Positions 37,538 through 51,308 of a stretch of DNA of 64,000 bases are shown here, in pieces. The notes below the pieces were generated by a model that searched no databases, was not told the origin of the DNA, and saw nothing but the letters and a program-made list of their open reading frames with translations. Numbering within the stretch: the first letter of the stretch is position 1; each line of letters starts with the position of its first letter. Source of the DNA: Octopus vulgaris (Eukaryota). A program made the position numbers and the translations under genes. The stretch is from NCBI GenBank assembly GCA_951406725.2, contig OX597817.1, forward strand, positions 136,462,001-136,526,000, read 5' to 3'.

Positions 37538-37864
37538 CTTAACTCCCTTGACTGCAACCCCCTTGATTATTATGTGTGGGGTGCAGTTGAGGAATAGACC
37601 AACAAAGCTCATTGTAACACCAAAGATGAACTGAAGGCAGGGATTATGGCAGCATTCACCAACTTAAACAAGGAATCTGTCCAGAAGATCTGCAGGAGAT
37701 TCCAAAGTCTTCTGGAGGCTGTGGTTGAGGTCAATGGCGATTTTATTGAATAAATTTACTCTTTAGTATTTCAAGGTTTTTTATGTAATTTTATTAAAAT
37801 AAGATGTCAGTGTTATTTTCACTTTTGCATAATTTAGACGATAGTTTATTCACTGCCTCCTGTA
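37538..37864 (+). mobile_element. Tc1/mariner (maT/DD37D-like) transposon 3' fragment
   Basis: NSLDCNPLDYYVWGAVEE*TNKAHCNTKDELKAGIMAAF..ICRRFQSLLEAVVEVNGDFIE* (stop 37751-37753), an SPDxNPLDY-type motif. The putative terminus is ..attcactgcctcctg|TA. Confidence 0.85.
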
Positions 37865-38879
37865 TGTATGTGTATGTGTGTGGGTGTGTGTATATATATA
37901 TATGTTACATTGAAATGGGTGAGACCCATTAGAACTTTCGATGGAATGCTTTCTAGTATTTGTCCTGACTTTCTAAACTCTGAGTTCAAATTTCCCCTAA
38001 ATGAACTTTCCCTTTCATTCTGTTTGGAGATCATTTAAGTCCAGGTCATTGGATCAGGGTATCTGTTTTTGTTCTGTAAATTTTGAGTTTGAAAACAGCT
38101 TCTAGTCGCCAGGAACATACACATACACAAAGGTCCTTCAAAAATGGCAAAAACAGTGATTACCTTTGGAAATCCTTATGTACCCAAATATTTCCATTTT
38201 GGCTGTCTTTGGTTGAATGCTCTTTCTATTGACAATTATTTTACAGACTGTACTGGATACATTTCCTTGTAGCATCAACACTAGGGAAGTTGAAAAGTAC
38301 TTGGCAAGACAGGTCTTAAGGAACCACCTGACTCTGCTTGTTCTGTTTATTTGCTGACCACTTTACAGTGCATTGTTTTGTGGCAGCAGCACAAGAAGAC
38401 AAAATGTCTTGTTAACAGTAAATGTAGAGAGCATTCAGTAACCTAAAGCATATGGACCAAGGAGGGGAATAAGAAAGGAAGCAATAACAGCAGAATAGCT
38501 ACAAATGAATAACTGTGATGATGGTGGGTGGGTGGGTGGTTTAATAGTGTAAAGAATTCATGATAACCTAGGGAGGAGAGAGAGAGCAATAGTTGAAGGT
38601 GTGGATGACAAAAGAATTTTATGTCAAAAAAGCAAGGTTATTTGGGAGTGAAGTTATGGGTGTAGTGATTGGTAGTAGCAGAGGTGGAGAAAGGCAAGAG
38701 TAAGTGATGGGTGGCAATAGAGGTGGTGCAGAAGAGTGTGTGTGTGTTGATTGTGGGGAAGAGGGTGGTCGTATGCAGCTTCTTATTCATGGACCTGGAA
38801 GATGATATGTGTAGATTGAGCAGTGAGTAGATGTGTGTTGGAGATACAAAAGGTAAAGTGCCAGCAAATATATACATTC

Positions 38880-39320
38880 TTTTACTCCTTTATTTGTTTG
38901 TCATTTGACTGCGGCCATGCTGGAGCATCACCTTTAGTCGAGCAAATCGACCCCAGGACTTATTCTTTGTAAGCCTAGTACTTATTCTATCTGTCTCTTT
39001 TGCTGAACCGCTAAGTTACGGGAACGTAAACACACCAACATCGGTTGTCAAGCGATGTTGGGGGGACAAACACAGACACACAAATATACACACACACACA
39101 CACACACATACACCCCCCACCCACATATATATATATATATATATATACATATATACGATGGGCTTCTTTCAGTTTCCATCTACTAAATCCACTCACAAGG
39201 CTTTGGTTGGCCTAAGGCTATAGTAGAAGACACTTGCCCAAGGTGCTACACAGTGGGATTGAACCCGGAGCCATGTAGTTGGTAAGCAAGCTACTTACGA
39301 CACAGCCACTCCTGCACCTA
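38880..39320 (-). mobile_element. Full-length family B CORE SINE
   Basis: Collinear with 1900-2312; internal (CA)n/(TA)n. Confidence 0.9.
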
Positions 39321-39439
39321 TACATACACATCATGTGTGTATATATATATCTATATATATACACACACGCACACTTACATGCCTGTGTGTAGAGACCTAG
39401 GTTATACAACATCTCTGTTTTGATGCAAATATAGTAATA

Positions 39440-39935
39440 GAAAGTGACAGACATGTCTGTTTATAACAAAGATACTCTCTTCCATGTAGATGCTGAATAT
39501 CATTGATAGAGGTATAAACTGATGGTGTGAAAATCCTGATTCAGATTCCATCAACAAATAACGTTCTAAAAAGTAACTATAGAAAACTACAAACATTATT
39601 AGATAATAGATATAGAAATGTTAGTAGAGCAAGCTGTATGGAAACCAAGTCCATACAATTGTAAAGAGAGTCAACCAATATCAACAAACTACATATAAAC
39701 GTTTATTATTACATGAACCAAATGCACTCTAACTGTAGAAGAGATGAATATGCTATTGGAAAATTCATCCAACAGAACACAGCATGTCTTAGACCCAATC
39801 ATAAACCCACATAATTAATATATTGCAAAAACAAAGCAAAAAAGACCCCACTGAAATAAAATATGTTCTTATCAGCAACAGACCAGAGAAGCCAACAAAC
39901 TTGAGATGGCTAATGTAATTTACAAACATAAAACT
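39440..39935 (+). pseudogene. Decayed Penelope-like element ORF fragment (RT thumb/linker to start of GIY-YIG)
   Basis: INVYYYMNQMHSNCRRDEYAIGKFIQQNT..LIYCKNK and ..EMANVIYK resemble PLE motifs YxNQMxxNYxxDE, LxIYYKxxK and NVVY. Confidence 0.6.
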
Positions 39936-40175
39936 TGTTGATTTCATGACTAATTATTTTATTATATGCTGCTACCTTCTCATCTCACTAGCTTAAAACT
40001 ATTTACACATGATTTACACCACTAACTTAGAAGCTGTCTATGATCCTTTACCTTCTGTTCTTACATGTAATCACTGTACATTACTCCTTTACTTTTTTTA
40101 TTTCTCAACTCACTTTTCTCTGGACCTGCTATTCTTTCCCTCTGGAAACCCAAGTTCCCAGGACAAGAGATTTAC

Positions 40176-40268
<93 letters not shown>
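40176..40268. repeat. (TA)n microsatellite
   Basis: Direct reading. Confidence 0.95.
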
Positions 40269-40270
<2 letters not shown>

Positions 40271-40597
40271 CATCAACTGAAGCTAGGTTGGATAGATTGT
40301 CATGATCCAAGCCAGTTCTTATTGACAGTTACTACTTTCACGGATGGATTAGACGACCACATCTCCCTTATGTGTTCTAAGTTTACCGTGGTTTCAGTAG
40401 TTGCTGCCATGATAAAATGCACACATCTAATTGTCATCAACTCGATTCCAAGCGTAACTACTTAACCATTGGAGTTGTATGTCTGTAAGTGGTTGGACAA
40501 CATTTCTACTATGGTCCCTACATGACTACCTAACTCTTGATATTTTAATTATATGTAGTACATACGCATATATATATATACACACACATACCACAGT

Positions 40598-40796
40598 AAG
40601 CACATAAATGTGAAACAAGGTGGAAAAAATAGTACTCAAATACTGGAGGTAGAGCAATATGCCTTATTAATAAAGCTGCGAAAACATCACAAAAACATTT
40701 ACTCTGAGTTTTGCATTCCTGTTTGTTAGACAATTTTGATTGTCTGATGAACAGGAATGTAAAACTCTAAGTAACAGTTTTTGTGATGTTTTTGCA
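40598..40796. mobile_element. Penelope-like terminal repeat in inverted (palindromic) arrangement with a minimal hammerhead motif
   Basis: Arms ~40677-40734 and 40739-40796 are reverse complements. The right arm reads attgt-CTGATGA-aca-ggaa-tgt-aAA-act-cta-agt-A-acagt. Confidence 0.7.
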
Positions 40797-41003
40797 ACAC
40801 CAAACGATCGTGGCCGTTGCCAGCGGCATGTAAAAAGCACCCACTACACTCACGGAGTGGTTGACGTTAGGAAGGGCATCCAGCTGTAGAAACACTGCCA
40901 GATCAGACTGGTCCTGGTGCAGCCTCCTGGCTTCCCAGACCCCAGTTGAACCGTCCAACCCATGCTAGCATAGAAAGCGGACGTTAAACAATGATGATGA
41001 TGA
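40797..41003 (+). mobile_element. Young RTE LINE 3' end
   Basis: aaaaagcacccactacactcacggagtggttgacgttaggaagggcatccagctgtagaaac..gaaagcggacgttaaacaatgatgatgat. Confidence 0.9.
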
Positions 41004-43159
41004 TATATTTATTATCATCATCATCATCATCGTTTAGCATCCACTTTCCATGCTAGCATGGGTTGTGTAGATATATATATATATATATATATATAGGTAA
41101 GAAAAATACTACATTATTTTCTCAAGGAATTTACCTTTGGGACAGTGGGTAAGTGCACCTTTGGACATAAGAAACTGCAGAACTCTTGCTGGTGTCATTG
41201 GAGCCATATGTATTAAAAACATGTGTTTGTCTTGTGACATGTTGCTTTTCATGGATGATAAATTTTTGCTGTTTGAAGAGTAATTTAACCACAAATTGCA
41301 GACAACGTAATCTTCGTATCATCTGTTGTGCAGTACTGCAACATCCTACATTCTTTTGAGTATTGTTTCACTGTTTGATGGGCAATACATGTACATGTCT
41401 ACCAACATGTATATGAATATAGTTGTTGTGAAGCATCTCTCTTCTTTTTTAGGTGTATTTATGTGGAAAAGATGAGATATGAACACTGGACCTCTTGACA
41501 ATCTAATTCAGCCCCTACCAAGTTGAGCATTTGTATTGTGAATGGTTCACCCTTACTATTTGCCAGAATCTTTGCATTAAATATTGTTGACTTGATAAAA
41601 TAAGTAATCTTCTTTAAAGATTCATTTTTCATTAAATAAATGTCACACAAAATATTCTGTTGCTCAAATGAAATGAAATATTCAAATGAAAACCAAAAAA
41701 AAATTAAAGCAGAAATCTAAAATTTATAAAAATCTAATCAAAAGGAAATTTCTAGTCTAAAATATTACTCCCCAACCCTGCCCTGTATAAAAAAAAAGAA
41801 AAAGAAGAGGAATTGATTGTATATAATTTTAGTTGTTGTGTGTCTGGGAAAGTAGTAATGTAACAGTTTGAAATTGACTGAAGCAATAAAATTCAATAAT
41901 GAAATTGGTAAATATTCCTAAAAAGAAATGATTACATATAATATGCATTGGTGGAAACTTTAGAGTATGCCGTCTGATGGATTGACTGAAATGATGTGGC
42001 CAAAGGATAAGGGCAACCCTAAAGACTTGAAAAGAATGGGGTTCTAAGCTCTACAATTACTTCAGTTTGTTGAAGAAAGCTTGAATTCTTCAAAAAGAAA
42101 GTCCTAGTAAAGATATTGATGAGGATATTTAGCTTGTAATGTTTATAGCTTTTGTTTAGTTTTGGTTGATAAATTTTAGTAAACCAAGTTTGAAACAGAA
42201 TTTCTAATTCATTGTTGAGTTGTTGTCTCAATTCTAAAGTTTGAGTGGAGATGAAGATTTTTGAGGATTTGACTGCTACTGCTCACACCTTGAGTTTCCA
42301 CTTAGTGGTTGCTTTTGTTGGCTCATACCAAAATGTGGAAAAGTCACTGCTGGAATGCCTTGTCTTCTTCAATTTGTCAGCAACTAAATAACAACACCAA
42401 CAATTCTTTCCCAGTTTATTTTGGGCTGAGGTATAAATTTACAGAACCACCCAACTCTTGTGAAAAAGTCAATAAAAGGTATAAAATACTTAGAATAAAC
42501 TGCTAAATTCATTTGGAATAAAAATGATTAACCTCTTATCTACTTAATTACTATTTTTGTATACATATACAGATTTATCTGAAGAACTACAGACCATAAA
42601 AGGGTAGTGGAATGGAGGGTTACTTAGTTTGTAATTTAGTGATTCCAAGGCTTGTTATATATTAGAGATGATTGCAAAAAGACAACTGAGTTAGATATCA
42701 AATCCTCCAAAGGAAACTGAAAGTTGTAGAAATATTTTCTGTTTTTAATTGAACAGCTGAGAAGTGGCGGCGGTGGTGGTGGAATAAAGAAACGTTGGGA
42801 CATAGTTCACATAATAGTTTAATTGATAATGTCAGATGCAATCATTATTGAAAGAATGGCTGTAATTTCATTTCTTCTCTGATAATTTGCTTATTAATTG
42901 CAGTAGACCAAAATACTGAAAGCATCATCATCATCGTCATCATCTTCATCAATAACAATGACTCTAATAGATTAGCATTAGTAGTAATAGTAGTTGAATA
43001 GTTATAGTTTTAATAGTGGTGTTGATAAGAGTTCCAGGAATACTGATTTTAGTTTGAAAGTAAAATGATAGTAAAAGTGGTGCTCATGTAATTGCTGTTA
43101 TTATTTCAGTGGAATGCATGAATGCAGATTAAAAAACAGTAACTTCTATCAGTAATATT

Positions 43160-43290
43160 GCTTTCAGATTTTGGCACAAGGCCAGCAATTGTTGGGGAGG
43201 TTGCAAGTCGATTACATTATCCTCAGTACGTGACTGGTACTTATTTTATTGACCCCCAAAAGGATGAAAGGCAAAACTGACTTCAGTAAT
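43160..43290 (-). mobile_element. Family A SINE 3' half
   Basis: ttttggcacaaggccagcaatt..ctggtacttattttattgacccccaaaaggatgaaaggcaaa. Confidence 0.7.
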
Positions 43291-43689
43291 ATTAGTGACA
43301 TTGAATGTACATGGTAGCTAATAGGATTTGGTTTGGAACCACTTGTTTGTTGTTCATTGGTTCAAATTAACTGCTGGTTAAAACGCTTTACTCCATATTG
43401 TTATGAAATTGTTGGAAATAGGGAGTAGATAATTTGGAAATAAAAGTTGTATCGTTTGGTAGTAAGGATTAGATAATATGAGAATTTTATCTATCATACA
43501 CTAATTGTATCATTGATAGGGGTACTTTTTCTCATTTGTTTCATGTCAAGAATTTGGGGCTAAACATCAGCTCTCAGAGAATTTCCTTAAGGATTGTCAT
43601 TATTTGTTAACTGTGTTTGCAACTACAAGTCAGGTGTGGTGGTATTCACTGTTGCAGCACATTGCTGTATTCACCATTTGTCAGTATAC

Positions 43690-44008
43690 TCCTAAGTCTT
43701 CATGGGTGACTTGTCAAGCAGAGTCCTAATCAGGCCCCATCTCTCTGAGATACCTCCTCATCTTGCTGATCAACACAAGTCATCAACCCAAGCAGATCCT
43801 CAGTGAACTGAACACAGTTTGTAGGGTCTGAGTTGGAAAATTGAGCAACATGGCCAAACAGTCTGAGCTGGTCTTCTTGAATTATACAAGTATCAAGACC
43901 CATCCCAGTTTTTGAGTAGAGTCATTAGTTGGATACAAAATGTGACCAACGGTAACCCCATAATTCTGCAAAGTCCCTGGTACCAAAGCAGTTCTTGCAA
44001 CTACAGAG
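43690..44008 (-). pseudogene. Decayed C-terminal fragment of a second RTE-clade LINE
   Basis: With frameshifts the minus strand reads FGTR..RIMGYRWSHFVSN..CIIQEDQLRLFGHVAQF..DP (RLRLFGHV motif). Confidence 0.65.
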
Positions 44009-46009
44009 GATAAAAAATTCCAACACAAAATTTATATAACCACATTTTTTTTTTAATGCTGTAGCTCAAAAGTATTGGCATTTTTTGATAAGTTACCAAA
44101 GTGATGTAAGTTTACGTTTGACCTTTACAGCTGTTAAATCTTCTAATGGTGTATTATTGTCTATATTCTGTCATCAGAGCCAATTCTTTTACTTTCTGAA
44201 TCAACTGAGAAATATACTTAGCTGACAAAAGCTATAACATTGACTGGCAAGAGTCCTTTACTAGTGACCCGCTTGTTTATTTTAATTTTCAGATCCTTCT
44301 CTTATTTTATTTCTGGCAGACTTCTTGTGAAGATAGGAGTCTAATATAAACCAATTAATGTTAATGAAAACTGAAACATCCAAGATGAAAATAATGTCCA
44401 ACAGTGAATATATTAATAAAATAAACAAAGATAATGAGAGCAATATTAATACGTAAAATTAACCAAACATATTATATAGTAATCACATACATATTACATA
44501 ATAATCCCTCCCTATGTGTTGATTAATTATTATATGTAGCTTTAGTCTGAGTTAGTGAAATGTATTAGTTATTTGCTCTTAGTTACAGTTAGAAATATGT
44601 TGGTTATTGTAAAAATCTAGAAAGGTTAATTAGTAATTGATTGGTATAGCTTAACAAATTATCTGTCTGGTGGTTGCAGAAATAACCTAGACTGGATTAA
44701 CATTGGCAGAAGTAATTTTATGTGTTCGTATTCTTCGTTATGATATGGCAATCAACAACATGAATAGGTCCATTTATTTAATCCTCACACATGTATTAAC
44801 TAGTATACAGTGCTGTTAAAAAACAGTAGCTATTTCAGTCACATTCTATATATTAATTTTCTTTACAAGTCATCAATCATGATTATCTTTAGTCTGGGTC
44901 TGTTTAATCCGTATTCTTTTTATTACTTAAAAAAAATGTTGAGATTATGAAGGCAAGATTACATGTGAATTATGTTAACAATTAAACTTCCTTGGTTCAT
45001 AAGAAAAAGTTAAGGAAAAGATTTTCTGTGTCAAATGTAAATGATGTTTCCAACTGTAGTTTCTACTCTAGTGGAGCCTTTGCTTGGAAAATAACATTTG
45101 TCCATTGCTATGTGGAATGTGGCTCAGCTGAAACTTTATATATATCAATATCAGCTAACAATTAGTTGGCATATTCCTCTTCACATTACCCTTTATACTT
45201 TTCTAAATTCATGTAAAAAGTTTTGTTAACTTACCTTCTTCCTATAGAGACTCTGCATTGTAGAAATGTAAACTGACAGAAGAAAATGTTTTGTTCTGGT
45301 CAGCTTCTTTCCTTTGTGTTTCTTTTAGTCTTGTGACCAGCAATGCTTAAGAGGCTGTTTGAAACATAGTCATGTGGAACTCCTGTTCTCTAGATTTTTT
45401 AAACTCAGTGGCTTAATGTCTGTTCCATATAGCAGCAAGTTTTGGTGTAAGTATGATTGAAAATGTTTCAAAAGTTCACAGTCTTGTTTCTAGGTTCACT
45501 ATCAGTTATGTGGAAGTTTTGGTTAGATTCTTCAAGCATGTTTTTGGATGGATCTGAGCCTTAGAAGTAAAATTGGCTTGACAGACATTGTACAGAAGTT
45601 CACTAGATACAAGTTAGTGTAGATCTTGCTTTCTTTTAGTGAAACCTGATCTGTTGCAAACATGAGAATCAAGGGTCCGGTTTGAGAGTAACTCAATATA
45701 TTTTGTACTAATGTTTCCTGATGCTCCTACACATGTGCTGGTATGAACTATCTCGGAGGTCCAGCAAAAATGTCATGATCACTGCTCTCCTTTCTGTAAG
45801 TCATCTAAAAAAATTATTACTGGAATCCCTTCCCTCATTCTCTGTACATGTATGTGCAGGGGTGTGGTGTATATTGACACACATGCATGTTGTTCCCAGC
45901 CAGTAGATTAAAGAAATATATCTTTCATCAAGTAAATAAATATATTTACCAGGATTAATACAATCTTAAAGAGATTGATAACCATTTAAAGGACTGAATA
46001 GAATTAAAT

Positions 46010-46082
<73 letters not shown>
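46010..46082. repeat. (TG)n(AG)n compound microsatellite
   Basis: Direct reading. Confidence 0.95.
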
Positions 46083-46084
<2 letters not shown>

Positions 46085-46390
46085 AAGAAAGGGGTTGTAA
46101 TAAATTGGTACAAGTGGCATTTCATTGGTAGTGAAGACTGGAAAAACATTGATGGATGATATTTACTGGGTTTAAGCACAATTACTTCACTTTTCTGAAA
46201 GTAATAAATTGTCATATTTTGGAAAGTTGAAGAAAGCTAGAGCAGAGTATAAAAGGTTATTGATTTCATATGGAATCGTCTTTGTGCTTCTAAGCTACTT
46301 CTCAAAATAGATATTAACAACAGTCTATAGTCTGATGATATATAACTGAAAGATCTTTTATAGCAATTTACTTTATTAGAACAATTATAT

Positions 46391-46440
<50 letters not shown>

Positions 46441-46817
46441 ATTGTCACCACACAAATCTATCAATTCACTGAAACTGAGAAAAGTTTTATTTCCATTCCA
46501 GGTAGATATTTTCAATGAATTCAAGCAGATTGCTTGTTTAAAATCTCAATTTTAGTTTTCCTTATTTTGTTTTAATTAATCAATAGATAAGATTCTTCCT
46601 ATATATATTTGTGTGTGTGTGTATATATATATATATTTATAGTTTTCTTTGTTTGTAGAAATTGAACCTGGAAGTTTGTCTCATGATTCCACTTAGAGTA
46701 AAAAATTAATTTGACACAGAGCAGCACATATAGAGAAATATAAAAACTGTGTAGGTGTATTCATAAGTGTTTGTGTGTGTCTATATGTGTATTAAAATAA
46801 GAGAGTGTGTGTGTGTG

Positions 46818-46865
<48 letters not shown>

Positions 46866-46866
<1 letters not shown>

Positions 46867-47192
46867 CATCATCGTTTAACATCTGCTTTCGCTGCTAGCA
46901 TGGGTTGGACTGGCGAACCAGATGGCTGTACCAGGCTCCAATTTTGATCTGGCAGTTTCTACAGCTGGATGCTCTTCCTAATGCCAACCACTCCAAGAGT
47001 GTAGTGGGTGCTTTTACGTGCCTCTAGCACGAGGGCCAGTCAGGTGGTACTGGCAACAGTCACGGAAAATCGTGTTTTTTACGTATCACCTGCGCACCGG
47101 CACAAGTACTAGTAAGGCGACGATGGTAACGATCATGCTCGAATGGTGCCTTTTATGTGCCACCGGCACGAACGCCAGTTAGCCGCCCTGGC
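46866..47192 (-). mobile_element. RTE LINE 3' end embedded in (TA)n
   Basis: Tail motif plus tandem units, flanked on both sides by (TA)n. Confidence 0.85.
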
Positions 47193-48886
47193 ATATATAT
47201 ATATATATATATATATAGCTGTATTTTGTTGAATCTGGAGGAAGGTGCATTGCTCATTTATGATGTGTGTGTATGTATTTCATGTGATGAGTGTGAGGGG
47301 AGCTGTGCTGCTAATGACACTTGTAGACCCACTGAATCTGGTAAATTTGATGCTGTTTGTGTTTCATTTAAATCGTTGCAGGTTAGCATCTGCAGGAAGA
47401 CGAGTGGGGGGGGGGGACAAAGATTCTAGAGGGCCAATGTTATAGGGGAGAAAGGACTGGGCATAATGAAATGCAAAGCAGACAACATATCAAAAATGAT
47501 GAATGGTAGAAAGTTGGAGGGGGTGGGGAGTGGCTGAGTGGTTGGCATACGAGGTTATTACGGTAGGGACGGAACAAGTAGGCTCTGTGGCTTCAAATGT
47601 GTGTGTGTGAGGGAAACAAAATGTCCCTTATTTGAATAATCCTGTTTTTGGTTAGCAAAAGGAATGGCATTCGACTGCAAAAACAATGCTTTTGATAATA
47701 TAGAATTGTACAGCTCATGCTGGCATGGGAAAATGAACATTAAGATAAGTGAATAAAACACACACACACACACACACACATGCATGTATGTATATGCAGA
47801 CATGTGTGTTTATATATATATATATGCACACATTTGTGTTTGCCTACTAGTAATCTGTTTATCTTCCTATATATCTGTATTAATCTACTTGTGTGTATGT
47901 ATGTATGTTATATACACATACACACGTGTATATATGCATACATAGTACATATTCAAATAAATGTCAGAAGATATATACATGTATATATATATATATTTGT
48001 ACAGTTTAAGGCTCTTTAATCTAAGAAATTACATAATTACATTCAAAGTTGCCTTCAGTGTTTTCTGTTTTATCTTACTTACATTGTCATCAATACTTTC
48101 TGTGGCAAAAATTTTGATGAACATTTTTTTTTGTTTCTCATATCTGCATCAACATCATCATCATCATCATAATCAACAGCAGTACTACTCTACTTATCCA
48201 TTTTCACCATCCTCATTAATATCATCATCATTATTGTTGTTGTTGTTATTATTATTATTAACCTTATTTTGTCAGTAATGTTACTTTCCCATTTATTTTT
48301 CCAATTCATTTCTACCGATTGAACAACATTTCCATATTTGCTCTGATTAATGTCATTTTAAACCTCTTTGCAACTCAACAATCATTCAGTCTTTACCTGC
48401 CATAACGATTTTCATTTTTGGTTCAAATTACTACAAAATTTTCTAATTTTCTATAATTAAATCACATAATTTTCATGTATTTTGTCATTTTAGTAAGTAG
48501 TTAATTTCAACAATATTAGAGATATTCAGAAAAAGTCAAAAAGAAAGTTGCAAAAGTAATTATTTCTACACAATTCTAAAACTTTTGCACACCTTATTTT
48601 ATTTTATATTTCTTAGACATGTTAAAATATAAATGATAGGTTACTGAGTGTAAGATGTTCATTGGATTATACAAACCATCATTGTCGTCATCTTCCAGAC
48701 TTCCTAACACCACCACTCTGGCATCTCTGTTACTAACACTACTGTTTTAGCCAGAGCTTTATTTGCTGTTCATACTGTTATCGTGTCCTTGCAACAACCA
48801 AACAACATACAAACATTTGCAGTCACAAAACTGCCTTAACAGCAACAATTTCATCCTCTTGTTGACGTTACCCTTCTCTGGGACAG

Positions 48887-49135
48887 TCATCATTATCTCA
48901 TCTGTTTTCCATGCTGGCATGGATGGCTGGATGTGTTTCCTAATGCCAACTATTTTGCAGAGTGTATTGGGCGCTTTATATGTGGTACTGACAAGGGTGC
49001 TGTTACGTGATGCGAGCATGGGTGCTTTTTACATGGCATTTACATGGGTGCCTTTTATGTGGCACCAACACTCACACGCTTGTAAGATAAGGACCTCTCA
49101 ACTAAAAGGAGGACTGGGGGGCGGTGATTGGCTGT
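48887..49135 (-). mobile_element. RTE LINE 3' end, deleted
   Basis: ttccatgctggcatgg..ttcctaatgccaac..ggtgctttttacatggca. Confidence 0.7.
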
Positions 49136-49169
49136 AAAAGACCTGCCTGTATGTATGGATAAATATATC

Positions 49170-49830
49170 AATACAAACTTTTAGTTGGAAGAATTCTGAC
49201 CTGATAGATTTTGGCTTATATGAAGTTCCAATTCGATGTTAAAATACCAGAGATTCCTCTGAACCTTTCCAGTACACAATGATCCTTAGCTGTGCACTTC
49301 AACATATCAAGTAAGACAACTTCCAGGGTCTTGTCATTCCTTATCTGAATTTTTTTTTTTTTTCATATATAGATTTTGCTATGAGAAACAAATCCTCAAC
49401 GCTAAAGTATTTCAATGACATCCAGACCCAAACTCTATTATCATTCTCCTAAAACACAGAGGAAGGGAGAGGTTTGACTTCGGAGCACCCAAAATATATT
49501 TTGAGTTTATTATTGAATCCCTCTCTGTTGTTTATACAGCCCTGCCCTGAATGTTTGGGCTATATTTACTTCCTTCTAGTTGTCTCAACTGCAGATTGGA
49601 GAGATTCTATAGCAGCTATTCTACAGGTTGATGAAGGTAAAATACAGTTGTATATTCTTTTTCAAGAACTTTTGCCATTGAATCGTTAGAATTGTATCTG
49701 TTTCATTGGTAGTAATCCTTGTTTTGGTGCAACCATAAGTGTTTATTGTTCAATCTAATCATTGTGTAGAGTGAAATTTGGAATTCATAGAAACTGGCAA
49801 TGGTTTGTGTTGGTGGCAGTTAGTCTATAA
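49170..49830 (-). pseudogene. Possible highly decayed Penelope-like ORF remnant
   Basis: Weak remnants resembling DIxSFYxxI (near 49800) and KCxxKDIVY (near 49290); many frameshifts. Confidence 0.3.
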
Positions 49831-51308
49831 GAGGGTTCTTAGAAGAGTTTCAATAAGTTCAGTTGTTGTGAGGAGTGATGACTCTAATGTTGTGGATCTT
49901 TGCTCTTCACTTAACCCTTAACTAATATTGCTAACCATATTATGACTCCTTACTCTCCTCTTGTGTAACCTTGCCCATCAGTTTAACTCTTCTACAATGT
50001 CCTCTCCCTAATGCTCTTATTAGACTTTATGGTATTGGTGTCGTACTCATGATGGAAGATGGTATGTATCTCTGTCACATAATTAACTTAGTTAACCAAG
50101 TCAGTACCAAAAGCAAAAGAAATTCCTGTTTGAAATCCCAGTCTTCTCTCTTCCATATTCCTTTTGGTGGAACTTTTTTCACCTCTTACTTATTGATCCT
50201 ACTTTCCTTTGATTCTACTGTTTCACTTCATTCCTATCACAGTTTGATGCAGTCATCATGATCTTCTTTGTCAGACTTGAAACTTTCTTCAATTTCAATC
50301 TTCCATTATTTCCAACTCCAGTATTAATTACAACATCTCCAGTAGCAGGCCTTTATATACTAACTCCAGTATGCCTCTTAATGGCACCTGTTGCTAAAGA
50401 TGATGATGATGCTTGAAATAATACAAATGATATTAAAGATAGCAATAGGGATGACAACAAAAATACAGACATTGATGAGGATGGGAACAATTATACAGCA
50501 AAGACCATGTTGGTAATGATGATAGCAAAATTATTGATCTTGGTCATAATGATGATGATGACAACAAGCATATGAGTGATGATCAAGTGGTGATGAGTAT
50601 GATGGCAGCAATTACAGAGATTTGATGATGATGATGGTGGTGATTGCGATCATGTTGATGATTGATGGTACCAATGGCACAGCTGATGAACATTGGGATA
50701 CCAAGAATGGCTTTAAAAACTAACTTATTTAGGGAAATGCTACTTAGACATATATTTAGCTAAAAATAAATGCAGTGTTTATATATGTGTGTGTGTATGT
50801 GTGTGTGCACATACACAACATACACATCTCCCTCCCTGTCTCTCTCTCTCTCTCTGTGAGAGTAAAAACATTTTGTTGCTCTCACTTGAAATTTTTTAAA
50901 CTGTCAAAAACTAAATAAATTACTAATTACAGAAACAATAATCACATCGTTCTTTCCACTTGGCAATATTTTTTCCCTTATTTTATTGTGAAGTTTTTCT
51001 TTTTTTTTTTTGCTTTTGTGTTTGCTTTTCACAATGTAGGTGTGTAAAAGTTTCCTTCCTGCACAGAGTCTCTTCCCACAGCATTGCTAGCAAAACTTCA
51101 TCCTGTAGAGGAAACATTGATAATCTGTTGCTGATCTACATGTGGTTTACACTTATATACACCATGTTTAACATATATCTTTTCTACACACACACACACA
51201 CATGTGTTGAATGCATTTGTATGTGTGCATTTATATATTTGGGCTTCAATGCATTTATGTGTATACACATCACTTGTAAATAAGAATACCTTTAGTTTGA
51301 GTGATGAT

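Noticed and set aside
41127-41148. 22-nt AG..GTAAGT microexon candidate
   Set aside because: Not frame-preserving, and such signals arise by chance in 64 kb.
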